Part shown: positions 13,675 through 26,345 of the stretch, one piece after another
How positions within the stretch are numbered: position 1 is the first letter of the stretch
Layout: each line of letters starts with the position of its first letter
DNA from: Octopus vulgaris
Lineage: Eukaryota
DNA: 64,000 nucleotides
NCBI GenBank assembly: GCA_951406725.2
Contig: OX597815.1
Span: forward strand, 212,350,001 to 212,414,000
Reading direction: 5' to 3'
Notes under the pieces: model-generated
Told to the model about the DNA's origin: nothing
The model's database searches: none
Seen by the model: only the letters and a program-made list of their open reading frames with translations
Translations under genes and position numbers: made by a program

Positions 13675-14478
13675 TTAAGTTACTGACAGACCTACTGTCT
13701 CTTCTCTGCCTTTTTGATTACTACCATAACAGTCTCTATTCCTCAGAGCTCACTCCTCTCAGGTCTTCTTCATTCAGGCTCTCCTGTTACCTTTGTTGTG
13801 TCCACTCCACCTGCCAGCCCCACACTAACACCAAGTCCCCTGAAATCTTTCCACTGCTCAGGTTTTCTTCTATATGTCAGCCGCCTACAACACTTTAACC
13901 ACAACATCAACAGCATCAAACACACCAGTCTCATGGGACGTGCAAAGCTCATGAATGTTGCCCCTTTCCTCCAGACTCAACAAGTAAAGAAGAAAAAAAA
14001 AACCTTGGTTGCTAAATTCGAATAATGAACTAAAAATGTGTTTTCAAGAGCTATATGGATACAGTGACTGCAATTACTTGGCTCTAAATTCTGTAGCATC
14101 GAAGATGAATTTCACTCTGGATTGATGCCAATCTATTACAGGTAACATCTTCAGAAAAGCTACTACCTATTTTCCCAAGGTAGGTGAACTAAAACATATA
14201 AAAATTGTTCTGTTAAGAGATACAATGAAATGCAAACAGCAAATATCAACTCACGATCTGCCTTATCCATGTCTTTTTAGCTACTATGAAAGTAAACAGC
14301 TTAGTTTAACTACTTTAAATTTATTTTAGGTTTTCTTATACACCCAGGGCAGAGCAGGAATTCTTTTACTTGTTTCAGTCATTTTAAAGCTTAGTACTTA
14401 TTCTATTGGTCTCTTTTGCCAAACCACTAAGTTACAGAAAAATAAGCACATCAACACCAGTTGTCAAGCAGTGGTGGA

Positions 14479-14557
<79 letters not shown>

Positions 14558-15051
14558 CAATGGGCTTCTTTCAGTTTCCATCTATCAAATCCACTCAGAA
14601 GGCTTTGGTCAGCCTCAGGCTCACCAAAGTAGAAGAAGCTTGCCCAAGGTACAATGCAGTCGAACTGAAGCTAGAATTATGTGGTTGGGAAACAACCTTC
14701 TTACCACACAGCCACACCTGAACCTTGTTATTTAATCAGACCACTAATACAATAAGTAAACCTAAATGGTAGACAAAAAAAGCTTTGTCAGATTTACCCA
14801 TTTCCTCACAGATTAAAAAGAAAAATTAGCTAATAACCCATTTTCTATAGCGATGTTTGAACAAAATTTTAATAATTTTATATTTTGTTGAATTTACCTG
14901 TATCTACCTGCAATTAGAGTCACTTTGTGACAAAAATTATAGTATAGAATTGGTTGAGAACATTTCATTAAATTATCTTCCAAAAATCACATTAATATAT
15001 TGATAAATAAAAAAGTTATAGTTGTTTAATGAAACCAGACTAAATTTATGA

Positions 15052-15098
15052 ACAGCCTAAATCAATTTTCAACCCTTATTGGGGTCTCATCAGGTGTC
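15052..15098 (-). ncRNA. Hammerhead ribozyme-like motif; a more decayed copy lies at about 15270-15312
   Basis: Minus strand: CTGATGA-GACCC-CAATAA-GGGTT-GAAA-ATTGAT-TTA. Stem II is intact; stems I and III are weak. Confidence 0.5.
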
Positions 15099-15608
15099 TA
15101 CATCATCAAAGAAACCAAGTGGCCAATCTATTTATACACTCATCAAATCTGGAAGTTTTAGCGAACAGGAGTTAATAATTTGCATGTTACAAGTGTAAAG
15201 ATACAGAGTAAACATACAAATATGTCAGATTAATCTGCTTCTCCACAGATTGAAAAAAATGAAGGAAAAGTCTTAATTGATTTCCAGCTGTTATTGGAGT
15301 CTCACCAAGTGTTTAGATTACTTAATGAATCCCAGAGAAACAAGAAGCTAATCCATTTATATAGACATCAAATCCAGTAGTTTCAGAGGACTGGAATTAC
15401 TAATCTGCATAAGCATAATATGTAAATTAGACTAACCACCACCGCATTGTATGTAAATTAGACTAACCTACCTACAGGTTTATGATTGATTTAAATAGTG
15501 ATTTGTTATAATACCAGTTCACATGCAGAGAAATAACCACTTATCCTTCGAAGAGTGGTCTACAGACCATGAAACCTTTCAAGGCAAACTCTTTTATATT
15601 ACTATGTA

Positions 15609-16650
15609 CTAGCTTGACCCATGAAAAATTCATGGAAAACTTTTAAAATGTAACCATGAGAAATGTTTCTATATTATGACTGTCTGTCCTTACATTCTAA
15701 GTTCAAATTCTGCCGAGGTTAACTTTGCCTTTCATTTATTGCAAGACAGAATTTTTAGGAGATAAAATTACTCATTTTTTCCATTTCTTCTGACATGCAG
15801 TTGTTGAAAATTTCTGGGTACAAATGTATGAATTGAAATACAAAAGAACAAAATAATAAATGGATTTATGAATGAAAGTTTGGTAACTGCATATATTTCC
15901 ACCACACGGCACTTATTATTGTAAACATGTTTAAACTACACACACACACACACACACACACACAAATACATTCATATATATATATGTCTCAAGTTGTAGC
16001 TGTAATTGAAAGGGGCCAGCCTTGTCATATTCTGTGTGAGGCTGAATCTCCCTGAGAACTACATTAATGTTATGCATGTCTGTAGAGTACTCAGCCATTT
16101 GTGAGTTAATTTTATCCTCATGTGGTAATGAAAAGTAAAATTGACAGCCAATATTTACTGTGTCTCTGTATCTATGTATGAACTTTTCTTTGGATTTATG
16201 TATCTACTGTCTCTCTCACTTTCTCTTTCACTTCCTTTGTGTCCCTCTTCTCTCCTGCTTTTGATCAAACAATGTGTATATGTATCTATGTATCTACTTC
16301 ACTTGCAATGTGATAAACATTTAAAAACACAAAATGAACGCTGTCACCACTCACTGTCTCTTTCACTCTCTCTCTCTCTATCTCTTTCTCTCTTATGTCC
16401 TCTCTGAAACATTTAAAAACACAAAACAAACGCCATCACCACTGATGTCTCTTTCACTCTCTCTCATTTTGCTACTTCTTTGAAGTAAGTGTGACGCACA
16501 CAACAGGTACATACAAAAATAAAAAGTTACCGTATTTATATTATTGATGATGATGACAAGAACAGCAAAATATATTCCCATCTATTTAAAGTTCCAAAGT
16601 GAAAGGCTTAAAATCTATAGTTTAACTACTTAAAATTTATCTTAGATTTA
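15609..16650 (-). mobile_element. Fragmented Helitron-like element with nested SINE pieces
   Basis: Minus-strand end CCATGAATTTTTCATGG hairpin + GTCAAG + CTAG|T. The 5' limit is approximate. Confidence 0.4.
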
Positions 16651-17288
16651 CAAATACAAATGTGTTATGCAGAAATAGTTACTAATTATTTAAACATATT
16701 AGAACAAAACGAATCATAATAAAGGACACAATAGTCCCAAATGTAGAGAAAGTGGTTTGGTTTAATGTACAAAAAACAAAAAAGACTGGAAGCTATATCC
16801 CACATTCAGGAACAATACAGTTGAGAACATGGAGTCTCCAGTGTATATGTGATTATAGTTGAATATTGATCCGCATTAGTAACTCTGAGAAGTTTTTATA
16901 TGTATTACATATTTCTTTATAAACTGATGGGTGTGCTGAATATTATAAAGCAACAGAAGAATTGCAGGATGGAGTAGAAATATAAGTGCAACTAATACTA
17001 AATAAGTCAGCTGAATATGTCAGCAAGTCCAGATGAAAAGACAAACATTCATAAACATGTATATAGCAAGAAAGTCTATATACAATTAAAGAATATGAAA
17101 CAAAATGAAAGACGCACAAAAACAAAAATAAAACAACAGCTACAAGAACAACTGCCTAGTAATATTAAATAATGATATCAAGCAGGTATGGCAGGGTTAA
17201 TAAAGAAAGCAAAACAGAATTTTATCTATGCCATTTCTTAACACACCTAATTTATTGTTCTAATAGAATTAAACAAATATTAGAAAAG

Positions 17289-17547
17289 TGGAGGTACAGG
17301 GCTTAGTGGTTAGGGTGTCAGCATCATGATTGTAAGATTGTGGTTTCGATTCCTGGACCAGGCGATGCGTTGTGTTCTTGAGCAAAACACTTCATTTCAC
17401 TTTGCTCCAGTCCACTCAGCTGGCAAAAATGAGTAACGCTGCGATGGACAGGCGTCTCGTCCAGCTGGGGAACACATACGCCATAGAAACCGGGAAACTG
17501 GGCCCATGAGTCTGGCTAGGCTTTAAAAGGGCGCATTTATTTTTATT
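17289..17547 (+). mobile_element. tRNA-derived SINE with a V-like domain (fragments also at about 26695-26817 and 29385-29500)
   Basis: 14-bp TSD AAATATTAGAAAAG; A/B boxes; GCGATGGACAGGCGTCTCGTCCAG motif. Confidence 0.85.
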
Positions 17548-18439
17548 AAATATTAGAAAAGAAGTCTTAAAAGCTTATTGTTACTATTATTATTAGAAAA
17601 TTGATATTATTTACCGTATTTCCCAGTGTATAAAATGGCAATCTCACATAAGATATATTCTCCTTATTTTATAAGAATATTTTGTGGGGAAAACAAATTT
17701 AGTATCTTTTGTTGTAGCCTTACAATGTTGTGATAGTTTAAGTTGAGTATACACTATGACACTACACAGGAATATAATTTGTGATTATAGTTGTTTATAT
17801 TTTAGTCAAGAGAATTGCAATAGAAGATATACAGGATTAGGGTGGCTACTGGTGCCACATAAAAAAGCACCCAGTACACTCTGTAGGAAGGGCAGCCAGG
17901 AATAGAAACCAAGCCAAAACTGAATATGAAACCTGGTGCAGTCTCTAGCCTTGCCAGTTCCTGTCAAGCCATCCAACCCATACCAGCATGGAAAACAAAC
18001 ATTAAATTTTGATGAATGTGATTACTCTAAAACAGGAAGTTTATATCATAGAACCTGGGATAGTCTCAAGCAGTTTGGTCTCACAAAGGTTAAACGTTTC
18101 AAGTAAATATGTAAGTTTACAAACAACTCTACCTAACAGTGAATCTAACCCAAATATTCGATACAGCAGAGATAAAGGCCTGAATTGTAATTGGTTGAAA
18201 GAAAAATACTTGATATAAAAAAGCAAGTGCATAAAAGCAGGAAGTTTCACAGCCACAAAAGAAAAAATTGTGTACATGAGAATCTCTCTATTATTTGTTT
18301 GAAAATGTGTCTTTTATTGCTTTATAATACTGTTATCACACATAGCTATTATTGCGTTAAGAACAACCCTATAATTAAAGGTGTATAAATAAATTGTGCA
18401 AAAGGCAATGACAAAATGATAAAGACTTTTTTAACTTAC

Positions 18440-18516
18440 TTGTCCTAAGCCTAAACCATGGTTTCGCAACTTCTGGATGTGACGGCTGATACTGCGAACA
18501 GCCTCTATACTCTCCG
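18440..18516 (-). CDS. Putative 77-nt shared internal exon (C): xESIEAVRSISRHIQKLRNHGLGLGQ (phase 1 to 0)
   Basis: Acceptor TCTGTTTTCTTACTGTATTTTCAG| and donor CAA|GTAAGT; GC-richer island in AT-rich flanks. It joins exon B and exon G in frame. A second frame, GEYRGCSQYQPSHPEVAKPWFRLRT, is also open. Confidence 0.8.
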
Positions 18517-19312
18517 CTGAAAATACAGTAAGAAAACAGAAAAAGTCATGAAATATCAAATGAATAAATCCAAGTAAGGTAACAATAAAAAAATTTAAAA
18601 AAGTCAAATTTAATTCCATAACTTTTCTAGTATTTTCCCAAAAATAAAAAACAATTTCATTGTTGTATTTATATTCCAGTATGATCCTTTTTTTGTTTTT
18701 ACCAAATAAACACACACACAATATATCCACTTTTCACTTTATCTTTATTATTGATCTTATTTTAGTGTCCTTTGTCTAGGAATCTTTTGTCATACATCCT
18801 GTAACCTCTTCAGCTATTCTCCATCTCACATGTCCCTTTCTGTTCTGTTTAGTCCATTTTGTCAATAATAAAGCTGAAGTAAAGAACGAATATACAGTGC
18901 ATATATTTATTTGGAAAAATAAGCAAAAAACAAAATGACCATCTCAAAATATAACAAAACCGGTTTTAACACACAATTTCACATAAGGAATCTTGCAAAA
19001 CAAATACATAAATGCAATTTCGTTTTTATTTTTCTAGATGTGAAGTTAGTTACCATAAAATTATACAAAAGAAAAAAAAAAAGAAAAAATTACAATGGTA
19101 TATTCATGCATCGTTTTATATAGAGTAAAGGAGTCATCAGCTAGATCAAAGAAATTATAGGAAATACACATGATTGATTTAACATTTATATGATATATAA
19201 AATGTTTATTTCTTAAACATTTTGTCACAAATTTGCTTTGAGACATTTTAAAACATTAACTTTTGCTTTGTTTTGTGTGTGTAACTATATACACCTAGCT
19301 ATCTATCTATAC

Positions 19313-19360
<48 letters not shown>

Positions 19361-20143
19361 GACATGGGATGAAGTACTGAAGATTGACCTCAGGACGTTG
19401 AACCTTTCAGATGAGATAACAAAAGGCCAGGATGCCGGGTGCCTTGTTGTGCCCAAGAAGACCCATACTCCACAGTAGAAGTATTAAGACCCCTGGTGGC
19501 GTAAAGCACTGATGGCTGTGTGACATAAAAGCACCAATGTGGTGCCACACAAAGGCACCCATTCAGTGCCACATTAACGCACCCGGCACCCTGTCAAGTG
19601 GTTGGCATTAGGAAGGGCATCCAGCCATAGAAACCATGCCAAAGCAGACTGGAGTCTGATACAGCTCCACAGTATGCCGTTGTCCGTGCTGGTCAACCCA
19701 TCAAACCCATGCCACGGTGGACAACTGACATTAAATGATGATGATGATGATGACAGATATATAAGTATCAAAAATTAAACAGAATCATGACAAGGAATGA
19801 ATGGGAAATTCATTCTCAAGATATGGACATGCTCTTTCTTCTTCAGCTTTTTTTGCCCAAAATCATTACAATTTCATGCCTTGAATGATAACATTGTAAA
19901 TTTTTGGTAGCATCAACAGTAAAAAGCTGCTGGGAACATTGAGCCAACACTGATGACAGTAACGAAAACAAATACAACACAGGTATAAATGTAAATATAC
20001 TAACGATAATTATACATCACATGAAAAAAAAGGCCATGGGGCTCTGAGACAAGATAAGATGAGTGTTTAAGTAAGACAATGGGAAAAGTCCTGTAGGACT
20101 GAAAAATGTGTTTTTAGATTAATATACAAAGTGTGCATATATG

Positions 20144-20184
<41 letters not shown>

Positions 20185-20594
20185 ATATGCATTTGTGACT
20201 ATCAGGTTGAGAAGCTCAATTTACAACAAAATGGTTTGGGTTTCAGTCCCAATGTGCAGCACCTTAGCATATGTCTTCTATTATAGCCCCAGTCCTAGGC
20301 AGAACAATGCCTTATGAGTGAATTTGGTAGATTGAAACTGTGTGGAAGCCCATTATATGTGCATTTGTTCAAAGAAACTGACACCACTTGACAAATGGCA
20401 TTGGTTTGTTTACATCCCTCCATAAGTTAGCAGTTCAGCCAAAGTGGCTGAAAGGATAAGCACTGGACTTTAAAAATAAGAACTAGGGTCGATCAATTCA
20501 ATTAAAACCCTTGAAGGCAAGTGCTCCAGCATGGCCACAGTCAAATGACTGAAACAAGAAAAAGATGGAAGACGTGTAGGTGTGCAGCACATAC

Positions 20595-20722
20595 ACATCA
20601 CTGCGAAAGCTGCATTCCAGCAGCCATGCCAAAGAGTCACCTTCGTTTTGCAGTACATTAATAAGCAATGGCCATACTCATTATTGAACCAGCTTCTATT
20701 GTATGCGTGTGTGGGGGAGTGA

Positions 20723-20766
<44 letters not shown>

Positions 20767-20774
20767 CACGCAGA
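20595..20774 (-). other. Putative mostly untranslated exon (G) ending ATG-T; spliced to exon C it gives MSESIEAVRS...
   Basis: Branch-like CTAAC plus TTCTTTCTTTGTTTTTGTCTTTATTCTTTCAG| acceptor; donor ATGT|GTATGT, with an alternative AAG|GTGACT at 20641. It contains a (GT)n tract, which favours UTR. Confidence 0.5.
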
Positions 20775-21949
20775 CTGAAAGAATAAAGACAAAAACAAAG
20801 AAAGAACGTTTACGAGTTAGTGTATCAGCCAAAGTTATGAACAATGATAAAAAGGGTAGAGAAACGTTTGTAGTTTAAAATCAGAATTTCATCCAAGTGT
20901 GACAGAGTGGCTAAAAATATTTATTAATACATAATGACATTGGAAAATTTCCAATAGTGCTTTCTGCATGAAGAACTTGGTTGCTAAGTGTAGATAACCA
21001 TTATTTTTGGCTCACCAATTCAAGAATGGCAGCCCACACTCAGCTATGGTCTCTAGTACTACTTAGTATATCCAATCTTCACAGACATTAAACCTATATA
21101 GACAAACATGCACACATTCTTTTGTTTCTTTTCTTATTTCACTCATTGGACTGCAGTCACGATGAAGCGCTGCCTTGAAGGGCTTCATCAGTAACATCAA
21201 CCCCAGTACATATTTCAGTCCACTACTGGTTGTATTTTCCAGCATATAATTTTTTTTTTTTTACATGTTTCAGCCCTAAGACTGTGGCCATGCTGGGGCA
21301 CCGCCACATTATAAGTTGAATTTTTCAGATCAAAGTTTACAACCCCAAAAGGTAGGTCAACTTTATAAACCAAAAATTTCATGTGAAATGCAGCAGGATT
21401 TAGAAGGACAGTGACATGTCATCACAATATACTTCACCAACTTATATGCTGGAAAACATGCTGGTATTCTATTGGTTTCTTTTTATAGAACTGTTAAGTT
21501 ACAAGGATATAAACAAGCTCTGGTTATAAACAATAAAAGACAAACACAAACATGTTCTGCTTTCCTTCGAGTAAATTGACTCACAAAGTATTTGTCGGAC
21601 TCAGGATGTATTTTAAGACACTAAAGAGAACTCAAAATTCTGTAGTTGCAAACCAAACTTCTTTACACAGCCATGATGGAAACTGTAAGAAGTCTGTTGT
21701 GTGTGTGTGTGTGTGTTTGCATCCCCTTGTCTTGACATGTGGAAGTTAAAAGCAATTGTCACCATCATACAAGTGGTACTCTTCGTTTTCAGTCTTCCCT
21801 GAAAATATGTCTGGCCAAGGGGAAATATTATCTTCATTTGCAAACTAGTGAGGGTTAGCAACCAAAAGGGCTTCTTATCATAAAAATCTGTTTCAGCAAA
21901 TTCTTTTTCATCCAAGCAAACAAGGAAAAGTGAAGATTAGAATTGGCAT

Positions 21950-22315
21950 ACTCTTACTTGTTTCAGTCATTTTGACTGTGGCCATGCTGGAACACTGCCT
22001 TTTAGTCGAGCAAATCGACCCCAGGACTTATTCTTTAGAAGCCTAGTACTTATTCTATCGGTGTCTTTTGCCGAACCGCTAAGTTACGGGGGCGTAAACA
22101 CACCAGCATTGGTTGTCAAGCGATGTTGGGAGGACAAACACATACATATATATATATATATACACGCACATACATATATATGATAGGCTTCTTTCAGTTT
22201 CCGTCTACCAAATCCACTCACAAGGCATTGGTCAGCCCAAGGTGTCATGCAGTGGGACTGAACTCAGAACCATGTGGTTCATAAGCAAGCTACTTGCCAC
22301 ACAGCCACTCCTACA
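21950..22315 (-). mobile_element. tRNA-derived SINE with CORE-like segment and internal (CA/TA)n; most abundant family here (also about 4085-4342, 12059-12237, 14362-14720, 20190-20565, 30240-30420, 43595-43770, 51605-51960, 55230-55378, 61030-61165, 62610-62766)
   Basis: Family head GTGGCTGTGTGG...GTTCAGTCCCACTGC...CACCTTGGG..., then microsatellite, then a conserved 3' body ending TGACTGAAACAAGTAA. Confidence 0.85.
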
Positions 22316-22819
22316 CCTTATAATGATGTTTTTAATGAATTAGGATACAAAAACAAAATACAAAACGAATCATTTCAAACTTGCATCCAATCAACAAATG
22401 CAAAATATCTTATACTTTAGGCAAAATATCATATCACTCCGACATCTTTATTTCTCTCTTAAAGTCATTATCTTCCAGTGTTTCTGTCTACAGAAGTATA
22501 ATATATCACTTAATAGTCAATATCGTATCCTCCACTTGTTAATAATATTCTGTGCATACTGATATATCTTACTTACTTATCATTTCCTCCATAAAATTAT
22601 TCTATAAACAGATGTACCATAGACATATATCACTTTCCTTCTTAGACATGTCCAAAGTCTAATTACTATCAAAGCATACAGGAAATATTTTGTATTTAAT
22701 AAATACTGGAAACCAATTTACAGAAGAAACAAATGACTACATTTCACTTGGATTGTGAAATTAATTAAAAATAGCTCGTTATACTATTTTTCAAACATTG
22801 ATATAAATAGACTAAGGAA

Positions 22820-23360
22820 AATAATAATAATCCTTTCTACTAAAAACACAAGGTTTGAAATTCTGGGGAAAGCGATTAGTTGATTACATTGAGCCCAGTA
22901 CCCAACTAGTAATTAGTTCATTGACCCCGAAAGGATGAAAGGCAAAGTCAACTCGGTGGAAATTGAACTCAGAATATAAAGACAGGCGAAATTCCACTAA
23001 GCACCTAGCATGCTAACAATTCTTATTTCTTTACTGCCCACAAGGGGCTACACACAGAAGGGACAAACAAGGACAGACAAACGGATTAAGTTGATTATAT
23101 CAACCCTAGTGCGTAACTGGTACTTACTTAATCAACCCCGAAAGGGATGAAAGGTATTTGAAAGGAATCGACCCCAAAAGGGATGAAAGGAATTTGAACT
23201 CAGAACGTAGAGGCAGACGAAATACCGCTAAGCATTTCGCCTGACATACTAACGATTCTGGCAGCTCGCTACCTTAATAATAATAATAATATTAATAATA
23301 ATCCTTTCTTTATTGGCCACAAGGGCTGAAATTTGGAGGAGGGGACTAGTTGATTACTAA
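22820..23360 (-). mobile_element. Cluster of about three Deu/Nin-like SINE copies or fragments
   Basis: Repeated GACCCCGAAAGGATGAAAGG cores with (AAT)n tails. Confidence 0.8.
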
Positions 23361-23496
23361 TCTTTTCTTCAACAAGAGGGTCATTTCCTAGCCAGGTGGT
23401 CCAAGGTTCAACCCTACTGTGTGGTACCTTGGTCAACTCTGGGCTGACTGTTCCCTTATGAGTAAGGTTGGTAGACAGGAACTGAATGTAAACTCA

Positions 23497-23537
<41 letters not shown>

Positions 23538-24146
23538 TGAGTGTATAGCTTCATTTCACTTGCCATGTGGGCAAAATGGTGATGTCATGTTCACGTCCCA
23601 TGTGAAAAATATGTCTTGTAGCTCTTGTGTTTTTGGCCTGTCATGACCAGTGGAATGAGAAAACAGGTTGGCAACAAGAAAGCCAGACAGCCATAAATAT
23701 TACCTTGAATAAGTCTACATCCAACAATATGGAAAATCAGACATTAGATGAATGAAACATAATTTCCCAGAGAGATTTTAAATGACATCAAATAGCAAAA
23801 TATTAGTTGCTGTTGTTATTATTGCTGTAGAGTAAGGAAGGGTGTTGGCAGAATTGTGAGGGGACTGAAACATGCTTTGTGGCATTGTAAGGAATGACGG
23901 CAATTTATGCCTTCAAAAGGAATGACAGTTACTGTTCTGTTCATTTTGGATATATTCCTAATGATGTATGCCTAGAACAATATCATTCTGTAATATACAC
24001 CAACTACAAAAGTAAATAAGTTGGACTAAATCCCTCGCTGAAAGATTTGCAACCTACTAAAGGATTATCTATGGTTAAAGAACTGAATGACATTCCTATC
24101 TCCAAGGAAGATATAAGAATATCACAGATTTTCAGAATATCACATA

Positions 24147-24540
24147 CTAGCAGTATTACCCGGCGTTGCTTGGGTTTTGTTTCGACCCTTTAGAATTGGA
24201 ATTTTTGAAAAGTAAAAATTTTGCATTATGTAGCTTGTTATTCTCTTTAAGTGAACATTTTTCTGGTTGAAATACAATGAAAAATGGCGACACAGCAGTC
24301 AAAAAATCGTAAAAAATAGGGATTTTCATAGAAAAAAAAGCACCTTTTTGGTGTAAATAATTTTTGGTGTTAACATGGTCCGATTTGAATTTTATCTTCT
24401 ACGGAAGGAAGAGCAAGCCTTCTTCTATCATACTCTCAATTTTGGTTGAACTGTGCCGCAGGGTCTCAGAGGAGATAGTGTTAGTTGAAGGCTACCAAAC
24501 CTGCCACACACAGACAACTTCAGCTTTATATATATAGAGA
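24147..24540 (-). mobile_element. Non-autonomous Helitron
   Basis: Minus strand A|TCTCTATATATATAAAGC...CCCAAGCAACGCCGGGTAATACTG-CTAG|T: 5' TC, subterminal hairpin, 3' CTAG, inserted between A and T. Confidence 0.8.
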
Positions 24541-25395
24541 TTTTCGTTGTCCTTTTGGCAGTGGCAGAAACAAAAGCAGCAGTGACACCAGTGTGGAGTT
24601 GGTGACAGTAAACAGAAGAGCTACTTCACATGAGTTTCACAAAATGTATTTCATTGAGTCAAACTGATTAGCTTAAGCATGACATTCAACAGCTGTGTAT
24701 CTTACAAGTAGCAGATTTTAACCCCATTCTCTCTCTCTCTCTCTCTCTGTGAGAATATTTACACAAGAGCATGTATTTGTGAAAGAGCAGAGCAAGAAGA
24801 GAGGGTACCAGGTTTTGTGGGAGGGACGAAGGAGGATAGAGAAGGGAGGGAAGGCCAAAGAGAGAGAGAAGGAAAGAGAACAAGGACTTGGTTACAGCTC
24901 AGCCTGTGCAACCCCCCCTCCTCATACCCCGTCGTACGATTTGAGTATAGATGTCGGCCATCTTGGCTGTAGTTATTCAAACTGACACTGTACACTGAAC
25001 AACTGTTTCTACAAAGTGTCCACGAACAAAGTAAGGTTGCGTCTGTTGTGTTGTTGCCCTGGCGTTGTCTGTAATGCATATCTCAAGTTTATTCAACTGT
25101 TTCATTCTTAGTTAATGTTTATAAAGATACCGTATTTAAACATTTCCAACCAAGTCTTACTGGAATGCCTCATCAATCAATCTACCTGAGTTATTTCACA
25201 GCTAAAGCATTCATTGCATTGTAAGACATTTCATATCACGGCTGGTTAAGATGCTCAACTCGTGACTCATAGTTCACAGGCTCAAATATTACAAATTGTT
25301 ACATTGGGTCTGATTAGGATCTACAAACTTCTTTCTACTTAGCCATAAAAGGTATTTGCCCTGACATCAATTTCCCTTGTTATTAGTTTCTTTAA

Positions 25396-25656
25396 CCCTT
25401 TAGCATTCAGTTTTCTGTGTCAAATGTAAATCTTATTTATTCACCTTGATTTGAATTTGTCAAGCATTAGCTTGTAGATTTGAGATTTAAATGATGTGAT
25501 TTATTTTTAAAATAATATTGTAGCGTAGCTTTGAGAGGCTGGATCTGGCCAGTTTGAAGATAAAACAGGTAGATTATTTTGGCTGAATCTGGTCAGTTTG
25601 AAGATAAAATAAGTAGATTATTTTGGCTGGATTTGGCCGGTTTAAGTGCTAAAAGG
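25396..25656. mobile_element. piggyBac-type MITE, family 2
   Basis: TTAA|CCCTTTAGCATT...GTGCTAAAAGG, with an internal ~43-bp duplication. Confidence 0.7.
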
Positions 25657-25990
25657 CAGCAAGCTGGCAGAATTATCAGCAGTCGGACAAAACACTTGGC
25701 AGCATTTTGCTTGTCTTTACATTCTCTGAGGTCATCTTTGCCTTTCAATTTTTGGGGTTTTGATAAAATAAATACCAGTTGAGCATTAGGGTCGATGTAA
25801 TCAACTTACCCAGTACTCCAAAATTGCTGGCCTTGTACCAAAATTTTTCTTTAAGGTTGGTGAGCAGGCAGAATCAGCAGCAGCAACCAAGCAAAATGCA
25901 TGGGGGTGGGGAGATAAAAATAGGTGCCCATTAAGCAGTGGGGGTTGATGTAACCAACAAGCTTCCTCCCTTAAAATTTCAGGCCCTGTA

Positions 25991-26345
25991 CATCATCATC
26001 ATCATCATCATCGTTTAACGTCCGTTTTCCGCGCTAGCATGGGTTGGACGGTTTGACCGGGGTCTGGGAAGCCAGGGGCTGCACCAGGCTCCAGTCTGAT
26101 CTGGCAGTGCTTCTACAGCTGGATGCCCTTCCTAACGCCAACCACTCCGTAAGTGTAGTGGGTGCTTTTTACATGCCACCTGCACAGGTGCCAGGGGTGT
26201 CTGGCATCGACCACGATTGGTTGGTGCTTTTAACGTGCCACCGGCACAGAAGCCAGCGAAGGCGGCGCTGGCGTCGGCCACGTTCGGATGGTGCTTTTTA
26301 TGTGCCACCAGCACAGAAGCCAGTCGGGGCGGCACTGGCATCATA
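25991..26345 (-). mobile_element. RTE-LINE 3' UTR/tail copy
   Basis: Same tail and internal ~60-bp repeats as above. Confidence 0.8.

Larger units (their letters stand above)
12545..14002 (+). mobile_element. Degenerate CR1/Jockey-like LINE 3' end with nested insertions
   Basis: Broken translation resembles the post-RT region (G..I..DL.W..H, L.L..KA..Y, LD...RKA); ends in an A-rich tail at about 13985-14002. Confidence 0.55.
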
